64,000 nt of DNA from Rebecca billardiae RCC1528. Lineage: Eukaryota; Protista; Haptophyta. A program made the translations under genes and the position numbers. Positions 48,001 through 59,031 of this stretch are shown here, piece by piece. The notes beneath the pieces are model-generated. The model did no database searches. It had not been told where the DNA came from and saw only the letters and a program-made list of their open reading frames with translations. How positions within the stretch are numbered: the stretch's first letter is position 1; every line of letters begins with the position of its first letter. The DNA lies in contig OZ251225.1 in assembly GCA_965240325.2 (NCBI GenBank), forward strand, positions 310,001 to 374,000. The letters are read 5' to 3'.

Positions 48001-50778
48001 TGACCGAGTTGGCGAGATCGTCGTCCGTCGGCGCAGGCGGGGCCGGCGTCTTGGCGGCGAGAGGTGTCGCCTTGACGGCCGAGCCGGCCGCCGCCGAGCT
48101 GCGCTTGACCGAGCCCGCGATGTCCACGCCCGGCGCGTTGACCGCCGCTGGCGTCTGCGCCGCCGGCGTGCGCACGCGCTTGACCGAGTTGGCGAGATCG
48201 TCGTCCGTCGGCGCAGGCGGGGCCGGCGTCTTGGCGGCGAGAGGTGTCGCCTTGACGGCCGAGCCGGCCGCCGCCGAGCTGCGCTTGACCGAGCCCGCGA
48301 TGTCCACGCCCGGCGCGTTGACCGCCGCTGGCGTCTGCGCCGCCGGCGTGCGCACGCGCTTGACCGAGTTGGCGAGATCGTCGTCCGTCGGCGCAGGCGG
48401 CCCCGGCGTCTTCGCCACCAGCGGCGACGCCTTGACGGCCGAGCCGGCCGCCGCCGAGCCGCGCTTGACCGAGCCCGCGATGTCCACGCCCGGCGCGTTG
48501 ACCGCCGCCGGCGTCTGCGCCGCCGGCGTTCCCGCGGCCTTGGACGTCGAGTCGGCCGGCTGCTGCTCGCTGGGCTGCGCCGGCGTCGAGCTCACGCCAT
48601 CGAACGCCTTCAGCATGGCCGCCCCCGACACGGTCGGCGTGCTCGCCGAGGGCGGCGTGGCCTGCATCTTGACCGCGTCGGCGGCGGGCGGCTGCGCGAC
48701 CGGCGAGGGCTGGATTGGCTGCATCGCCTGCAGCGCCTTCGCCGCCTGCGCGAGTGGTCCGTACAGCGTCTGGTCGAACGTGATCAGGTTGGGCGATGCC
48801 GACGCATCGCTCCCGCGCCCCGCGGCAGCAGCGCTTTGCACGAGCGGCGAAGCGCTCGGCAGCAGCGGCGACGTGTGCGCGAGCGTCGACGGGTCCTTGA
48901 GGGGCGTCGGCGCGCGCACAGCATCGAGCGCGGCCTGCAGCGCATTGGGCACCGCCGGCTCCGCCGGCGAGGCCTCCTGTGCCGAGGTGACGCCCGCCGA
49001 CGCAGCCGGGCCCGCGCGCGCGCTGCGCACGGTCGGCGTGGCCGCGGACAGCTTGAGCGGGTTCAGCGTCTTGTCCGCCTCGCCGACTGCCGCGGTGGCC
49101 GTCTGCACCATGAAGCGCGAGGCGACCTCGGACGGCGGTGTGCGCGCCGTGCGGCCTTTGCCGCCCGTGCGGCTCGGCGTCGGCTGCGCCGGCTTGCTCG
49201 CCGCCGCCGCCTGCGCCTCGCCCTCATGCTGGTGCAGGCTCGGCTGCGCCGGCCGCGGCGAGGTGCTCGGCACCGCGCTCGGCGCAAGCAGCGGCACCGG
49301 CGACTCGGACGCGCCATTCATGCCCTTGAGCAGGTCGGCGAGATCGATGGTGGCATCGTCCGCGTCGTCCGACTCCTCGTCCTCGGGCTTCGCGTCGGCC
49401 GGCGCGGCCGTCGATACGGGCTGCGCCTCGGGCACACGCTCGCCGCCGGCCGACTTGCGCCGAACGGCTCGGAGCGAGCGCGGCGTCGGCACCGGGCATG
49501 GCGCAGCCGCCGCCGGGATGCCGCTCTCCTTGCGGCTCGACTTGGGCGATGCCTTGGGCGACACCTTGGGTGATGCCTTGCGGCTCGACTTGGGCGATGC
49601 CTTGGGCGATGCCTTGGGCGAAGCCTTGGGTGCGGCGCTTGGAGCTGCCTGCCGCTCGGCGGCGGCAGCCGCGGGCGGCAGCGCTGCCTCTGGGCTCTGC
49701 TCGTCCGAGTTGGCCGGGGACTCCTTGAGCTGCTGCCGGCGCATGGCGAGGGCGGCGCTCAGCTGATCCATGACGCTGGCGTTCTCCGCGACAGGGCCCA
49801 CAGCGCCCGGCGCCGCAGCCGCAGCCCGCGCCGCGCTCGAGCCTGCGCCGACAGCGGCTGCCGCGCCCGCGCCCGCAGCGGGCGCCGAGCCGGCGCCCTT
49901 GGTGGGCGTCGCCTGGTGGCGAGCCTTGATGTGGTCGAGCGCGGTGGTCGAAGCGCGCGCGGAGCCGCTTGACGCGCCCACCGGCACGCCGACGTCCTCG
50001 ACCTGCGCAGCAACGCCGCCGCGAGCTTGGCTCGCCGGGCTGCTGCCGACGGCGGCTGCGCTGCCGCGCGACGGGCTTGGCTTGACGGCAGCGCCGCGCC
50101 CGTTCTCCTGCCCAGCGCGCGCCGCCGCTCCGGCGGAGGCGCGCGGGCAGGCGGCGTCCATGTTGCGATTCCGTCCGCCGTACAGCGGCGATCGCGCCGC
50201 GCCCGCGCCCTTGGCTGAGCGCGGTGAGGACGCGACAGGCGGCGGCGCGGTGCCTGCGCGCGCAGAGCGTGCGGCGCCGCAGGACGCGGGTGCACACGCG
50301 CGCGTGCGTGAGTGAGGCGAGCACGGGCGGCCGCGCACCGTGCTCGCATTCGGTTGCTGCCGACGCGTAGGGGTGATCACTCGCGCGCGCGTCGCAGACC
50401 GGTACCTTCGATGATGAAGCGGAATTTGCGGCCGCAGACGTGCATCTCGTCGTTGTTGGACACGCGCGTGCGGCCCGCGACAGGCTCGCCGTTGAGGTGC
50501 GTCGCGTCCTGCCGGACGGTGAGATTGTCCAGCCACACGCTGCCCGTCTCATCAATGGTCACCTGCACGTGCTTGGCGTCGACATCGGGCAGCCTGATGC
50601 ACACGTCGCACTGCACCTCGTCGCGTCCGATCGTGAGCTTGCCGTCGATGGGCATCTTGCTGCCCGGCTCGCCGCTTTTTTTGATGTGCGTGATCCAGCA
50701 GCGCGGCACAGCATCGTCAGAGGCGCCATGGCGAGAGGCCGGCACCGGCGCGGCGCGAGCTCGCGGGCTCTCCATCAT
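42045..50778 (-). CDS. Ki-67-like FHA/tandem-repeat protein, about 2,713 aa; exons 50778-50406, 50253-44766, 44622-44374, 44219-44060, 43916-42045
   Basis: Exon 1 encodes the FHA (WITHIKKSGEPG...TIGR...CDVCIRLPDVDAKH...THLNG...CGRKFRF). Four phase-consistent GT-AG introns join the ORF-track pieces into 8142 nt. 15x60-aa repeats; RRVSF motif. Confidence 0.8.
45840..48528 (-). repeat. Coding tandem array, 15 x 180 bp (one unit 174 bp)
   Basis: Unit marker cgcgcttgaccgagttggc recurs at 45841, 46021, 46201, 46381, 46555 ... 48355. Confidence 0.95.
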
Positions 50779-51072
50779 GCTCGCTCTCTTCACGTGCGTG
50801 GGCAAGGGCCGTCTCGGGCTCCACCCTGGCTTGCACAGCAAGGTTTTTGAATTGATTGAGCGTTACGGGTACTCCGGCCATGCGAATTCGGGATCCGGGA
50901 GTTGTTCATCGAGCGCGCCCGGACCAAGCCTCGGAAAGCGCTGGCCAACGACCAAGACGCTCACTCTCAACTCGCGCGGCTGGCGTTGCTCGCCACAGTG
51001 CGACTCAAGCGACGGGTGGCCAGCGGAGGGTGAAAGGGCGGGAGCGCCGGGGCGACGACTGGGCAGATCGCG

Positions 51073-51630
51073 ATGAAGGATGTGCACCGCGCGCTCGTGC
51101 AGCGGCTCATGACGGCTGGCGCGCTGACAGAGGATCAGCTGCTCTCAGCCTACGGCGACCTCATGCGGGGCTATGGCGAGCAACTCAGCGGCGCGCTCAA
51201 CCGCGCGGCGCTCGACAAGGCCATCTCCGTCGTGAATACCCAGCTGGACTTCTTCTCGCTCAAGGTGGCGCGGGCTCACTGCGCGGCGGACGGAAAGTTC
51301 TACTACGGCCTCGTGAACTTGCGCCACGACGAGCTCGCGCAGAAGGGTACGCCGCTCACCGAGGCGCAGGTGCTCTTCTTCCAGCGCGTCAAGGAGGAGC
51401 TGGTCGATCGGCAGAAGCGGCAGGAAGGGGAAAGCATCCCGTGGATGGAGGCGGAGAACATGCGGCTCGAGCTGGCGAACAAGCAGAAGCTATCCAGCGA
51501 CGAAGCCAACCAGACGCTCGAGACTCTCGTCGAGCAAATGTGGCTGCACAAGGGCGTGGCCGATGGCGAGGAGGATGACCTGCTGCTCGGACCGCGCAGC
51601 ATCTTGCAGCTGCAGTATGCCGCGGCCTGA
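51073..51630 (+). CDS. NSE1: NSE1 (SMC5/6 non-SMC element 1), winged-helix part only; no RING seen
   Basis: HRALVQRLM..G, AISVVNTQL, YYGLVN, LS..EA..TLETLVEQMWL, LGPRSILQL. Confidence 0.8.
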   Translation: MKDVHRALVQRLMTAGALTEDQLLSAYGDLMRGYGEQLSGALNRAALDKAISVVNTQLDFFSLKVARAHCAADGKFYYGLVNLRHDELAQKGTPLTEAQVLFFQRVKEELVDRQKRQEGESIPWMEAENMRLELANKQKLSSDEANQTLETLVEQMWLHKGVADGEEDDLLLGPRSILQLQYAAA

Positions 51631-52659
51631 GCCAAGCCCTCGAGTCGGACGCACCGACGGACGCGCATATGGCTGTCAGATCGGGCCTTTTCGGCGCTTG
51701 CCGCTGCTTGATGGGCTGCGCCGCCCATATCGTCTCCTCTGGAGCCAGCCTTGCCCGGTGATCACCGCGCGCGACGTCGACCGTCGGCCAATTCACGGCG
51801 CGGGCGGATATGAATGACGTAAACGGCCGTGGCCGTCGCCGTCGCCCAGTGGCCAACTGCAGCAGCCGGCGCCAGCGCCTTCCGCCCGACCGCCCTCGCC
51901 CTCGGCGGCTACATCATCATGTCGCGTAGTATGATGATGATCAATAATACTCGTCGTCAGTGACGCGGATTATAATTATTATCAGTAACTGCGCTAGTTT
52001 TGCGCTGTGTCGGGCGCTGACAATCTATCGTCCCGCGAATATATCCGACAATTTGCCACATATACGCGACGTTCGATTCGACTGCTCTGCGCTGGCACGT
52101 GCACGCGGAGATCAACCACACGCAGCGGGTCCGGGATAGGCACTGGCACCCTCTTTCTCCATAAGCCGGCCGCCGGCTGCATCGCCTCGGGGGGCGATGC
52201 AGCAGGTGGACGCCGCTGCACCCATCTGGCCCTTGGCGCTGGCCTCCTCCGTGCCCTTCGCTCCACCCTAGGTGGGGCAGGGGGTGCGGGGTGTGACGCG
52301 CCCAGGGGCCAGGTTCCCCAGCATCAAGCACTGCATCTGCAGCAGCCCGCCGGCGGGCTGGGCTGCGACATCGACTACCACCTCATCTGCTTCATCGCCC
52401 AGAGCGCGCTAGGCGGCGCGCTCACTCTCCAAGCCCCTCTTCTGCAGCTGCGCGCCGCTTGGCCGGCGCGCGGCGACGCGTACTACGACCTCATCCTCAT
52501 CCAGGCGCCCACGCGGGCGCACGGGGGCGACAGCCGCGGCTGCCGCTTGCCGGAGCTGCTCGCCGCTAGGTCGGCGGGCGGCGACATCGACTACGACCTC
52601 ACCCTCATCCAAGTGCTCCGGAAGGCGCTCGGCCGCGGCGGCATCTGCCGTCGCCGCCG

Positions 52660-52926
<267 letters not shown>

Positions 52927-54194
52927 CTGACAATGCCGACGCCGCGACAGTTATTACTTTTGGGGCCCAGCGATGCCAATGATGCATGGTAGCCGCGGCC
53001 GTCAGCGCCGACCGGCGGGACCGGAGCGCGGTCGGGGCGGTGCAGGCGGAGCTGATGATCGATTATTCGACGACGACAACTCGGCTGTCGCGCTCACACT
53101 AGCTTATACTATTACCGACTGGCGACTAGCTAGTTAGTGGCGGCTAACCGACTGTTAACGTCTGACCCATGGTCCTAGTACTATAGTAGTATAGTACGGT
53201 GGACTTCGCGACCGACTAGCTAGATGAGAATTTCAGAGTTTCAGTTTGCATGTCAGTGCCCGCCGGGCCCGGGCCCGGGGGTTCCGACGCGCCCGTCAGT
53301 CGTCACTGTAGCTACCGGTCCCGGGGTCGTCCGTTGGCAACTCGTACCAGGACCGACGGTAGCCGGCTTGGCTTGACGCCGCGACACTCCGATGACTGTA
53401 AGCGGTGAGGGCGCACGCTCACGCTGATAGCAGATATGCTCACCAAATCGATTGATGAATGAAATTCATAGTTAGACTCTGCGCTATCTAGCTTACTTAA
53501 ATACCAGATTGTCCGATCGTCATTCGAAAAATTACCGCCTCTCTCGACTCTCTCTCTCTCGAATCTAGTTAGTCGCTGTGTCTCGGATAGCTCCCGAGGG
53601 CTCTCCGCGTCGATCTATAGCTCGTTATAGCTCTACTCTCTGACGAGTCTCTGCGTGCGCCCGTCTGTCTCAGTGGCAAGTCTGCCAAGTGGCAAGTCTC
53701 GGCTTCAATGTCAATCACTGCTAATATCACGCATGGCCGTGTACGGTGTAGGCGGTGTAGCTTATTGCAGATTGCCAGGCAGAGTTATAGCAGCTGAGGC
53801 GGTCGATCTATACTGAGACTGCTACTATATATACTAAGTTAGCTAGTAGCTTGCTAATGGTAACAATGGCGCATTGTTTATTTTATATTATAACATATAT
53901 ATTCATAATATACGAATAATGCTGCTACTGTGCGGCCGCTTGCTGTGCTGCAATGGCCGCCTCGATGAGTTGCGGCAACGCGCCCCTCACCTGCCTGCGC
54001 CGGTCTGTTTTGTGGCGGTGTCTTTGTGCAGTGTTGGATGGCGTAAATCACGCCTTAACCAAGTGTGCACGTTAAATCATATAGTAAACTGATGTAGCTG
54101 TCGTATTTCAAAGTAATTTGAAATTAACCATGGACGACGTCCGTCCCGAGCCGCACACGCCGGCACGCCGCACAGCCGGGATGGACGGTTCAGC

Positions 54195-55069
54195 TTAGCT
54201 GTTCTCCACGGTGTCCGTGAAGCCGGCGCCAGCGCTCTCGCAGGCCGCCTGGAAGTCAATCACACGCCCAAGGGCCGCCTCGCACGATTGCGCGTCCTCC
54301 TCCGTCTCTTTTGTGGCGGATGAAACATCGGATGGCCCTGATTCGGCGCCAGCGCAATCGTGTGCTTCCCGCGGCTGAATGCCCACGGCTCGCGCGCCGA
54401 TGAACTGGCCCAGCAGCTCGTCCGAATTGTACACGACGATCGTCGGGCAATTCGCTGCCGGGTAGCCAGGCATCGCCTCGCAGGCCACCATCGCCGCAAA
54501 CTTGACTGAGGCGTGCCTGCTGGCCAGGATATCAAAGGCGCGCAGGAGGCGGCGGGATGCAGGGTCGTCCGCGTGCAGCGCGAGCACGACCCAGATGCGA
54601 TCACCTGCCAGGTTGATCTCGCGCTTGTACTCACTGGCTTGCAGGTGGCGAACCGTGCCGAATTGGCCATGCGTCTCCCTGCGAAGCTCAGCCAGCCGCT
54701 GCGTACGGTAGCGCCGCACGGCATCCTCGTCCTCTTCGCCCTCGAACTCCGCATCTTCCGCCCGTGCCGCTTCTGCCGTGCCGTAGGCGGGCAGGTCGAA
54801 CTCACGCCCGCGCGCGGGCCGCTGCGGCGGCTCGGGCGCGGCTGGGAGGTTTCCTAGCCCCCGGTGTATGTCCTCCCACTCGGAGGTCTCGGCATGCTTG
54901 GCGTGGTTCTGCCGGCCGGGCGCGCGCGAGCGGGCGGTTCGTGCGCGCGGGCGTGACCTCGATCAGGGCATGAGGCGGGGTGGCCCACTGATGCGGGCCA
55001 CCCAGAGGGGTGCACACACGAGCTCACTCGCACCTTGTATGTGTGCTGCACTGCGAACGGAGCTGCCAT
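54195..55069 (-). CDS. Phosducin-like protein (PhLP2/PDCL3 type); intron 54909-55033
   Basis: MAAPFAVQHTYK|NHAKHAETSEWEDIHRGLGNLP, YRTQRLAEL...FGTV, VKF, YPAANCPTIVVY. Confidence 0.87.
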
Positions 55070-55235
55070 CGTTGGCCACCGGGACGCGCCACTCGACCAC
55101 GGCCAGTCCGGCCACTCTGGCCGCGAATCTTTATTCGTCCGGTGACCTCGCCAACGTGAGAACTGGTCGTCTGGTCCAGCACGTGGCCGTGGCCGCCCTG
55201 CCGCTTGCCGCCTGCCAGGGCGCGGTTTTCCCAGG

Positions 55236-56828
55236 ATGGAGGCATCATCCGCTCCGACGTGCCGCATGCACTGGTACGGCAACCCGATGTGGTTCGCCGT
55301 GCCGCTCGACGTCAACCTGTGGGAGGTCTTCGGCAAGGGCTGCTTCGTCATGGAGCAGAAGACGCACCGCATCGTGCCAATCGACGGCAGCGGATTCGCG
55401 GCCGCGCCGCTCGAGGCAGGCGGCGTGTACTCGCTGTTCGGCAAGAATGGCTCGAAGCTGATCAAAGAGTGCCACCACCTGCGCAGCCAGCTCGGCCTCG
55501 TGCGCGGCGAGCTGCAGCGCGTGCAGCAGCGCAGCCAGCGCTTCGAGACAGTGACACAAGAGCAGCTGCGCGCGGCGACGACACTGCTGCAGAAGGCTGT
55601 GGACATTGGGCGCGATGGGCGTGGCGCCGACCTGGAGCTGATCGAAGGCGCGATCGGCGCGCTGCAGGTGGCGCAGCGGCGCATCGACGCGGTGCAGCAG
55701 GCGCTCCCGCCGGCCGAGCCGCCGGTCGAGCGCGCTGTGTCTGCCAGTGCCGACGGTGCCGGAGGGCAGGGGGGGGCGAGTGCGGAGGAGGTCGCCGAGG
55801 AGGGGGCACGCGAGGAGCAGCCGCGCGCGCAGGCAGCATCGGGCGAGGAGAGCTCCGCCGAGCGCGCGCAATCGGGCGCAGAGGTGAGCGCCTCCTCCGC
55901 CCCTCTGCCACAGCACGCGAGCGCACCGGCGCCGCCGGACGGAGTGCTCACGGTCGCGGTCACGCAGCGCGGCGGGTGCGCGCGCGGCAAGCCGGACTAC
56001 CCGCACCAGTGGGCGCGTCAGTCGAAGCTGCGCACCCTCGGGAAGGGCGAGCTGATGACGTACGTCCCGGTCGGCTACATCCGCTCGTGCTTCGCCGAGA
56101 AGAACGGCACGCCGCGCCAGGGCTCCGTCTGCCCGGCGTCGCGCGCGAGTCTCGAGCTCAAGCTGCCCAACAACCTGAACGCGCGGCACTCGCTGGATGG
56201 CCTCGAGACGTTCTCGCACGTGTGGCTGCTGTGGCACTTCCACCAAAACGGGCCGGCGTCGATCCGCTCGAAGGTGGCGCCGCCGCGCCTTGACGGCGAG
56301 CGCGTCGGCCTCTTCGCCACGCGCAGCCCGCACCGACCGAACGCAGTCGGGCTCTCGGCGGTGCGGCTCGATCGAATCGAGGGCTCGACGCTGCACCTCT
56401 CGGGCGTCGACCTGATCGATGGAACGCCTGTGCTCGATGTGAAGCCGTACGTGCCGCTCGCGGACAGCCTGCCGCCCGCGGAGGTGCGGGTGCCGTGGTG
56501 GCTTCGACCGGAGACCGCGCCCGTCCACGACCTCGAGGTCGTCATGGAGCCCGGCGCGCGCGAGCAGCTGCGCGCGCTGCAGGCGGCGCTCAACTTCTTC
56601 GCCTCGGCGGACGACGCGGAGGAGGCGATCCGGCAAGTGCTGCGCGCGGACCCGCGGAGCGTCTACTGGCGGCATGCACACTCGGACGAGCAGTACGGTT
56701 TCTCGATCGACCAGCTCAACGTGGTCTGCCGATTCGATGATGGCGGCCGAGCTGTTGTCACCTCGGTACAGCATCTCGCCCTCTCCGACCGCGCGCATCT
56801 GCAGCCGGGAGACAACCGGACCACCTGA
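55236..56828 (+). CDS. TRMO: tRNA m6t6A37 methyltransferase TrmO (TsaA) with a long N-terminal extension
   Basis: VGYIRSCFAEKNGTPRQG, GLETFSHVWLLWHFH, GLFATRSPHRPNAVGLS, GVDLIDGTPVLDVKPY, LRADPRSVY. Confidence 0.94.
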   Translation: MEASSAPTCRMHWYGNPMWFAVPLDVNLWEVFGKGCFVMEQKTHRIVPIDGSGFAAAPLEAGGVYSLFGKNGSKLIKECHHLRSQLGLVRGELQRVQQRSQRFETVTQEQLRAATTLLQKAVDIGRDGRGADLELIEGAIGALQVAQRRIDAVQQALPPAEPPVERAVSASADGAGGQGGASAEEVAEEGAREEQPRAQAASGEESSAERAQSGAEVSASSAPLPQHASAPAPPDGVLTVAVTQRGGCARGKPDYPHQWARQSKLRTLGKGELMTYVPVGYIRSCFAEKNGTPRQGSVCPASRASLELKLPNNLNARHSLDGLETFSHVWLLWHFHQNGPASIRSKVAPPRLDGERVGLFATRSPHRPNAVGLSAVRLDRIEGSTLHLSGVDLIDGTPVLDVKPYVPLADSLPPAEVRVPWWLRPETAPVHDLEVVMEPGAREQLRALQAALNFFASADDAEEAIRQVLRADPRSVYWRHAHSDEQYGFSIDQLNVVCRFDDGGRAVVTSVQHLALSDRAHLQPGDNRTT

Positions 56829-56998
56829 ATCACCGACTGACTGACGAGCCGAACCACAGTCCACTACTGAATTACACTTTATGACAGCCGCGCCGGATCC
56901 GATCACTACGCGCGGCTTGAGCCATGCGTGAATGCGGGCAGCCTGCTAAGACTGCGGATCACGATGATGCGGACAGCGAGACGCCACGGCCTTCGTCG

Positions 56999-58210
56999 TC
57001 ATGAGTTGTCATCGCCATCGGCACTGATGCTACTGCGAGATGATGCTCGGTCGTTGCCCTCGACCTCGCCGTCGCCCCGCTTTCGCCAAGGCAGCGCCGG
57101 TGCCACGAGAGCCCCGTAGTCGTGTGAGAGCAGCGCCAGTGTGGACAGCGGGCGTTTTGGCTCCTCGACGGCGCAGATGGCTTGAGCAGCCGTCCTCGCG
57201 CAGGGCGCCGTGCCGTTGCCATCCTCTGCGCCACAGTCCACGCGTGCAGGCGGCGCCGAGGGCGTGCTGCCATCGCCAGGCTCGCTGCGGTCCACCGCGG
57301 GCGGTGCCCTGGTGGGCTCAGGCTGTCGAACGAAGACGACGACCCCGCCAAGCGTGAGTCCAAAGCCGACGGCGCACAGCGCGTGGAACGAGCGCTGCAG
57401 CGCCAGTGTGGCGTACAGCACGGCGTACACGTCGCTCGTGAGCAGCGAGAGGGTGAAGAGGGCCGCATCGGCAGCCTCGAGGAAGTAGGCGGCACCCGCG
57501 TAGAAACCGAACATGCAGCCGGAGTACGCGACGACCAGGCCCAGATCGGCCATTCGCCATCGAGTGCGCTCGAACGCGGCGCGCTCCATCAAGCCGCTCT
57601 GCGCACCGCCGATCAGAAAGCCTGCCGCGCCGATCGCGCCCAGCAGCTCATGCCTGCCGCGGTCCTTGGCCAGGAGCTCCATGAGGACGTTGGACACCGC
57701 GTAGAGCGCGGCTCCACAGAGCGTGAGCACGTCACCCAGTACCGCACGTGGCGGCTGGTCCGCGTCGGACTCAGCCGCCCGGTCTCGCAGCCCGTCAGAC
57801 ACCACCGTGCAGCAGAGCCCCGCGAGGCAAGCGAGCACACCCAACAGATGCAGCCGAGTATACTGGGCGTGGAGGATGACCTTTGACAAGACCATGACGC
57901 ATGGGATGGTGAAGCAGTCGAGGATCATCACCGATGTGATGCTCGTGTACCGATACGCCAGCACCAGTAGGCAATTCGCCTGCACGTCCACGAGCGCGAG
58001 CAGTGCGTAGCGCAGCCAGGACCTCGTCGAAAGTCGAGCGCAGCGTGTCCATGCAAAGCCGTACACTGCCAGCAACCCGTAGTTGAGCGTCGACTGGAGC
58101 AGGGGGAATGAGCGCCCGCGTGCGGCCAGCATGCTCGAGCAAACCCCCGTGCCCGTCACAAGTAGGGACAGCAGCTGCCCATGGGCGACGACGCGTCCAC
58201 GTGACGCCAT
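56999..58210 (-). CDS. SLC35F: SLC35F1/F2-family (DUF914) transporter
   Basis: GQLLSLLVTGTG, ALVDVQAN.L.V.AYRYTSITSVMILDCFTIP, GDVLTLCGAALYAVSNV, LSLLTSD.YA. Confidence 0.92.
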   Translation of the reverse strand: MASRGRVVAHGQLLSLLVTGTGVCSSMLAARGRSFPLLQSTLNYGLLAVYGFAWTRCARLSTRSWLRYALLALVDVQANCLLVLAYRYTSITSVMILDCFTIPCVMVLSKVILHAQYTRLHLLGVLACLAGLCCTVVSDGLRDRAAESDADQPPRAVLGDVLTLCGAALYAVSNVLMELLAKDRGRHELLGAIGAAGFLIGGAQSGLMERAAFERTRWRMADLGLVVAYSGCMFGFYAGAAYFLEAADAALFTLSLLTSDVYAVLYATLALQRSFHALCAVGFGLTLGGVVVFVRQPEPTRAPPAVDRSEPGDGSTPSAPPARVDCGAEDGNGTAPCARTAAQAICAVEEPKRPLSTLALLSHDYGALVAPALPWRKRGDGEVEGNDRASSRSSISADGDDNS

Positions 58211-58332
58211 GTCCTTCGTGAGACACGGCCGCCGGTTCCGGCAGCACGTGCAAACGCCTGCCGCAGTCAGCTTGTGGCGGCGGCCGCAGATCGACGACGA
58301 TGGCGTCCGCTCCGGAGCAGTTATGATCACTC

Positions 58333-59031
58333 ATGGCTGAGGAACAATGGGCACGACGGCTGGCCGCGGCGCTCGTTGCCGACGACGGCGATGCGTTTGT
58401 TGCCGTCTACGACGCATTGCTCGACGATGAGGTCGGGTACAGCGCGGAGCAGGTCGACGCGGTCAAGGAGCTCGCGCGCACACTTGCTGAAAGTGGCCTT
58501 GGGGATTTGAGTGGTGGTATGGCTGGCCACACTGATGACTGCGGCGAAGGCGCAGATGCGTCTCAGGCATTTCCCACGCAGGCTGACGAGTCGCAGCGGG
58601 CAGACTCCCTGGAGGGAGATGCGGCCACCTGCGATGCCGGCAGCGCGGATGGGAGCGCTCCTGGGGTCGACCTGAGCAACCACCACTACGCGCTCGATGT
58701 CCCAAGCGTGCAAGAGAACGCCCATGCGCTGGCTACTAGCGAGAATGGGTGTGCCGTCACGCCAGAGGCCACGAGCCCGCCCGCGGAGCTTGCCGATGAC
58801 AGCGGCATGCACCGCAAGAGGAGGAGAAGGAAGGCTCGCAAGGCGTGTGCGGGGACGGAGATGCGATTGGCAGATGCGAGCACACAGACGGAGTCCACGT
58901 TGGACGAGCACCTCCTCCGGAAGCAGGAGGCCTGGGATCGTGTCGCTGACTTCATTGCTCAACGATGGTTACGCTCGATTCGATACCACGCAGAGCACGG
59001 ACCTGCTGGCGTGGCCCCATACAGCACGTGA
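58333..59031 (+). CDS. Hypothetical protein (acidic, with a basic NLS-like RKRRRRK)
   Basis: ATG-initiated 232-aa ORF, divergent from SLC35F. Confidence 0.55.
   Translation: MAEEQWARRLAAALVADDGDAFVAVYDALLDDEVGYSAEQVDAVKELARTLAESGLGDLSGGMAGHTDDCGEGADASQAFPTQADESQRADSLEGDAATCDAGSADGSAPGVDLSNHHYALDVPSVQENAHALATSENGCAVTPEATSPPAELADDSGMHRKRRRRKARKACAGTEMRLADASTQTESTLDEHLLRKQEAWDRVADFIAQRWLRSIRYHAEHGPAGVAPYST

Noticed and set aside
45840-48528. 180-bp array as centromeric or nucleosome-length satellite
   Set aside because: It is in frame within a long exon and its only indel is 6 bp, so it is better explained as a coding repeat.
44145-49766. 1,873-aa plus-strand ORF
   Set aside because: It is the antisense shadow of the GC-rich repeat exon. 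The minus strand has the splice sites, FHA and sensible composition.
55236-58210. TrmO next to SLC35F (human SLC35F2 is reported to transport queuine/queuosine) as a tRNA-modification cluster
   Set aside because: They are convergent neighbours in different modification pathways, so adjacency is likely coincidental.
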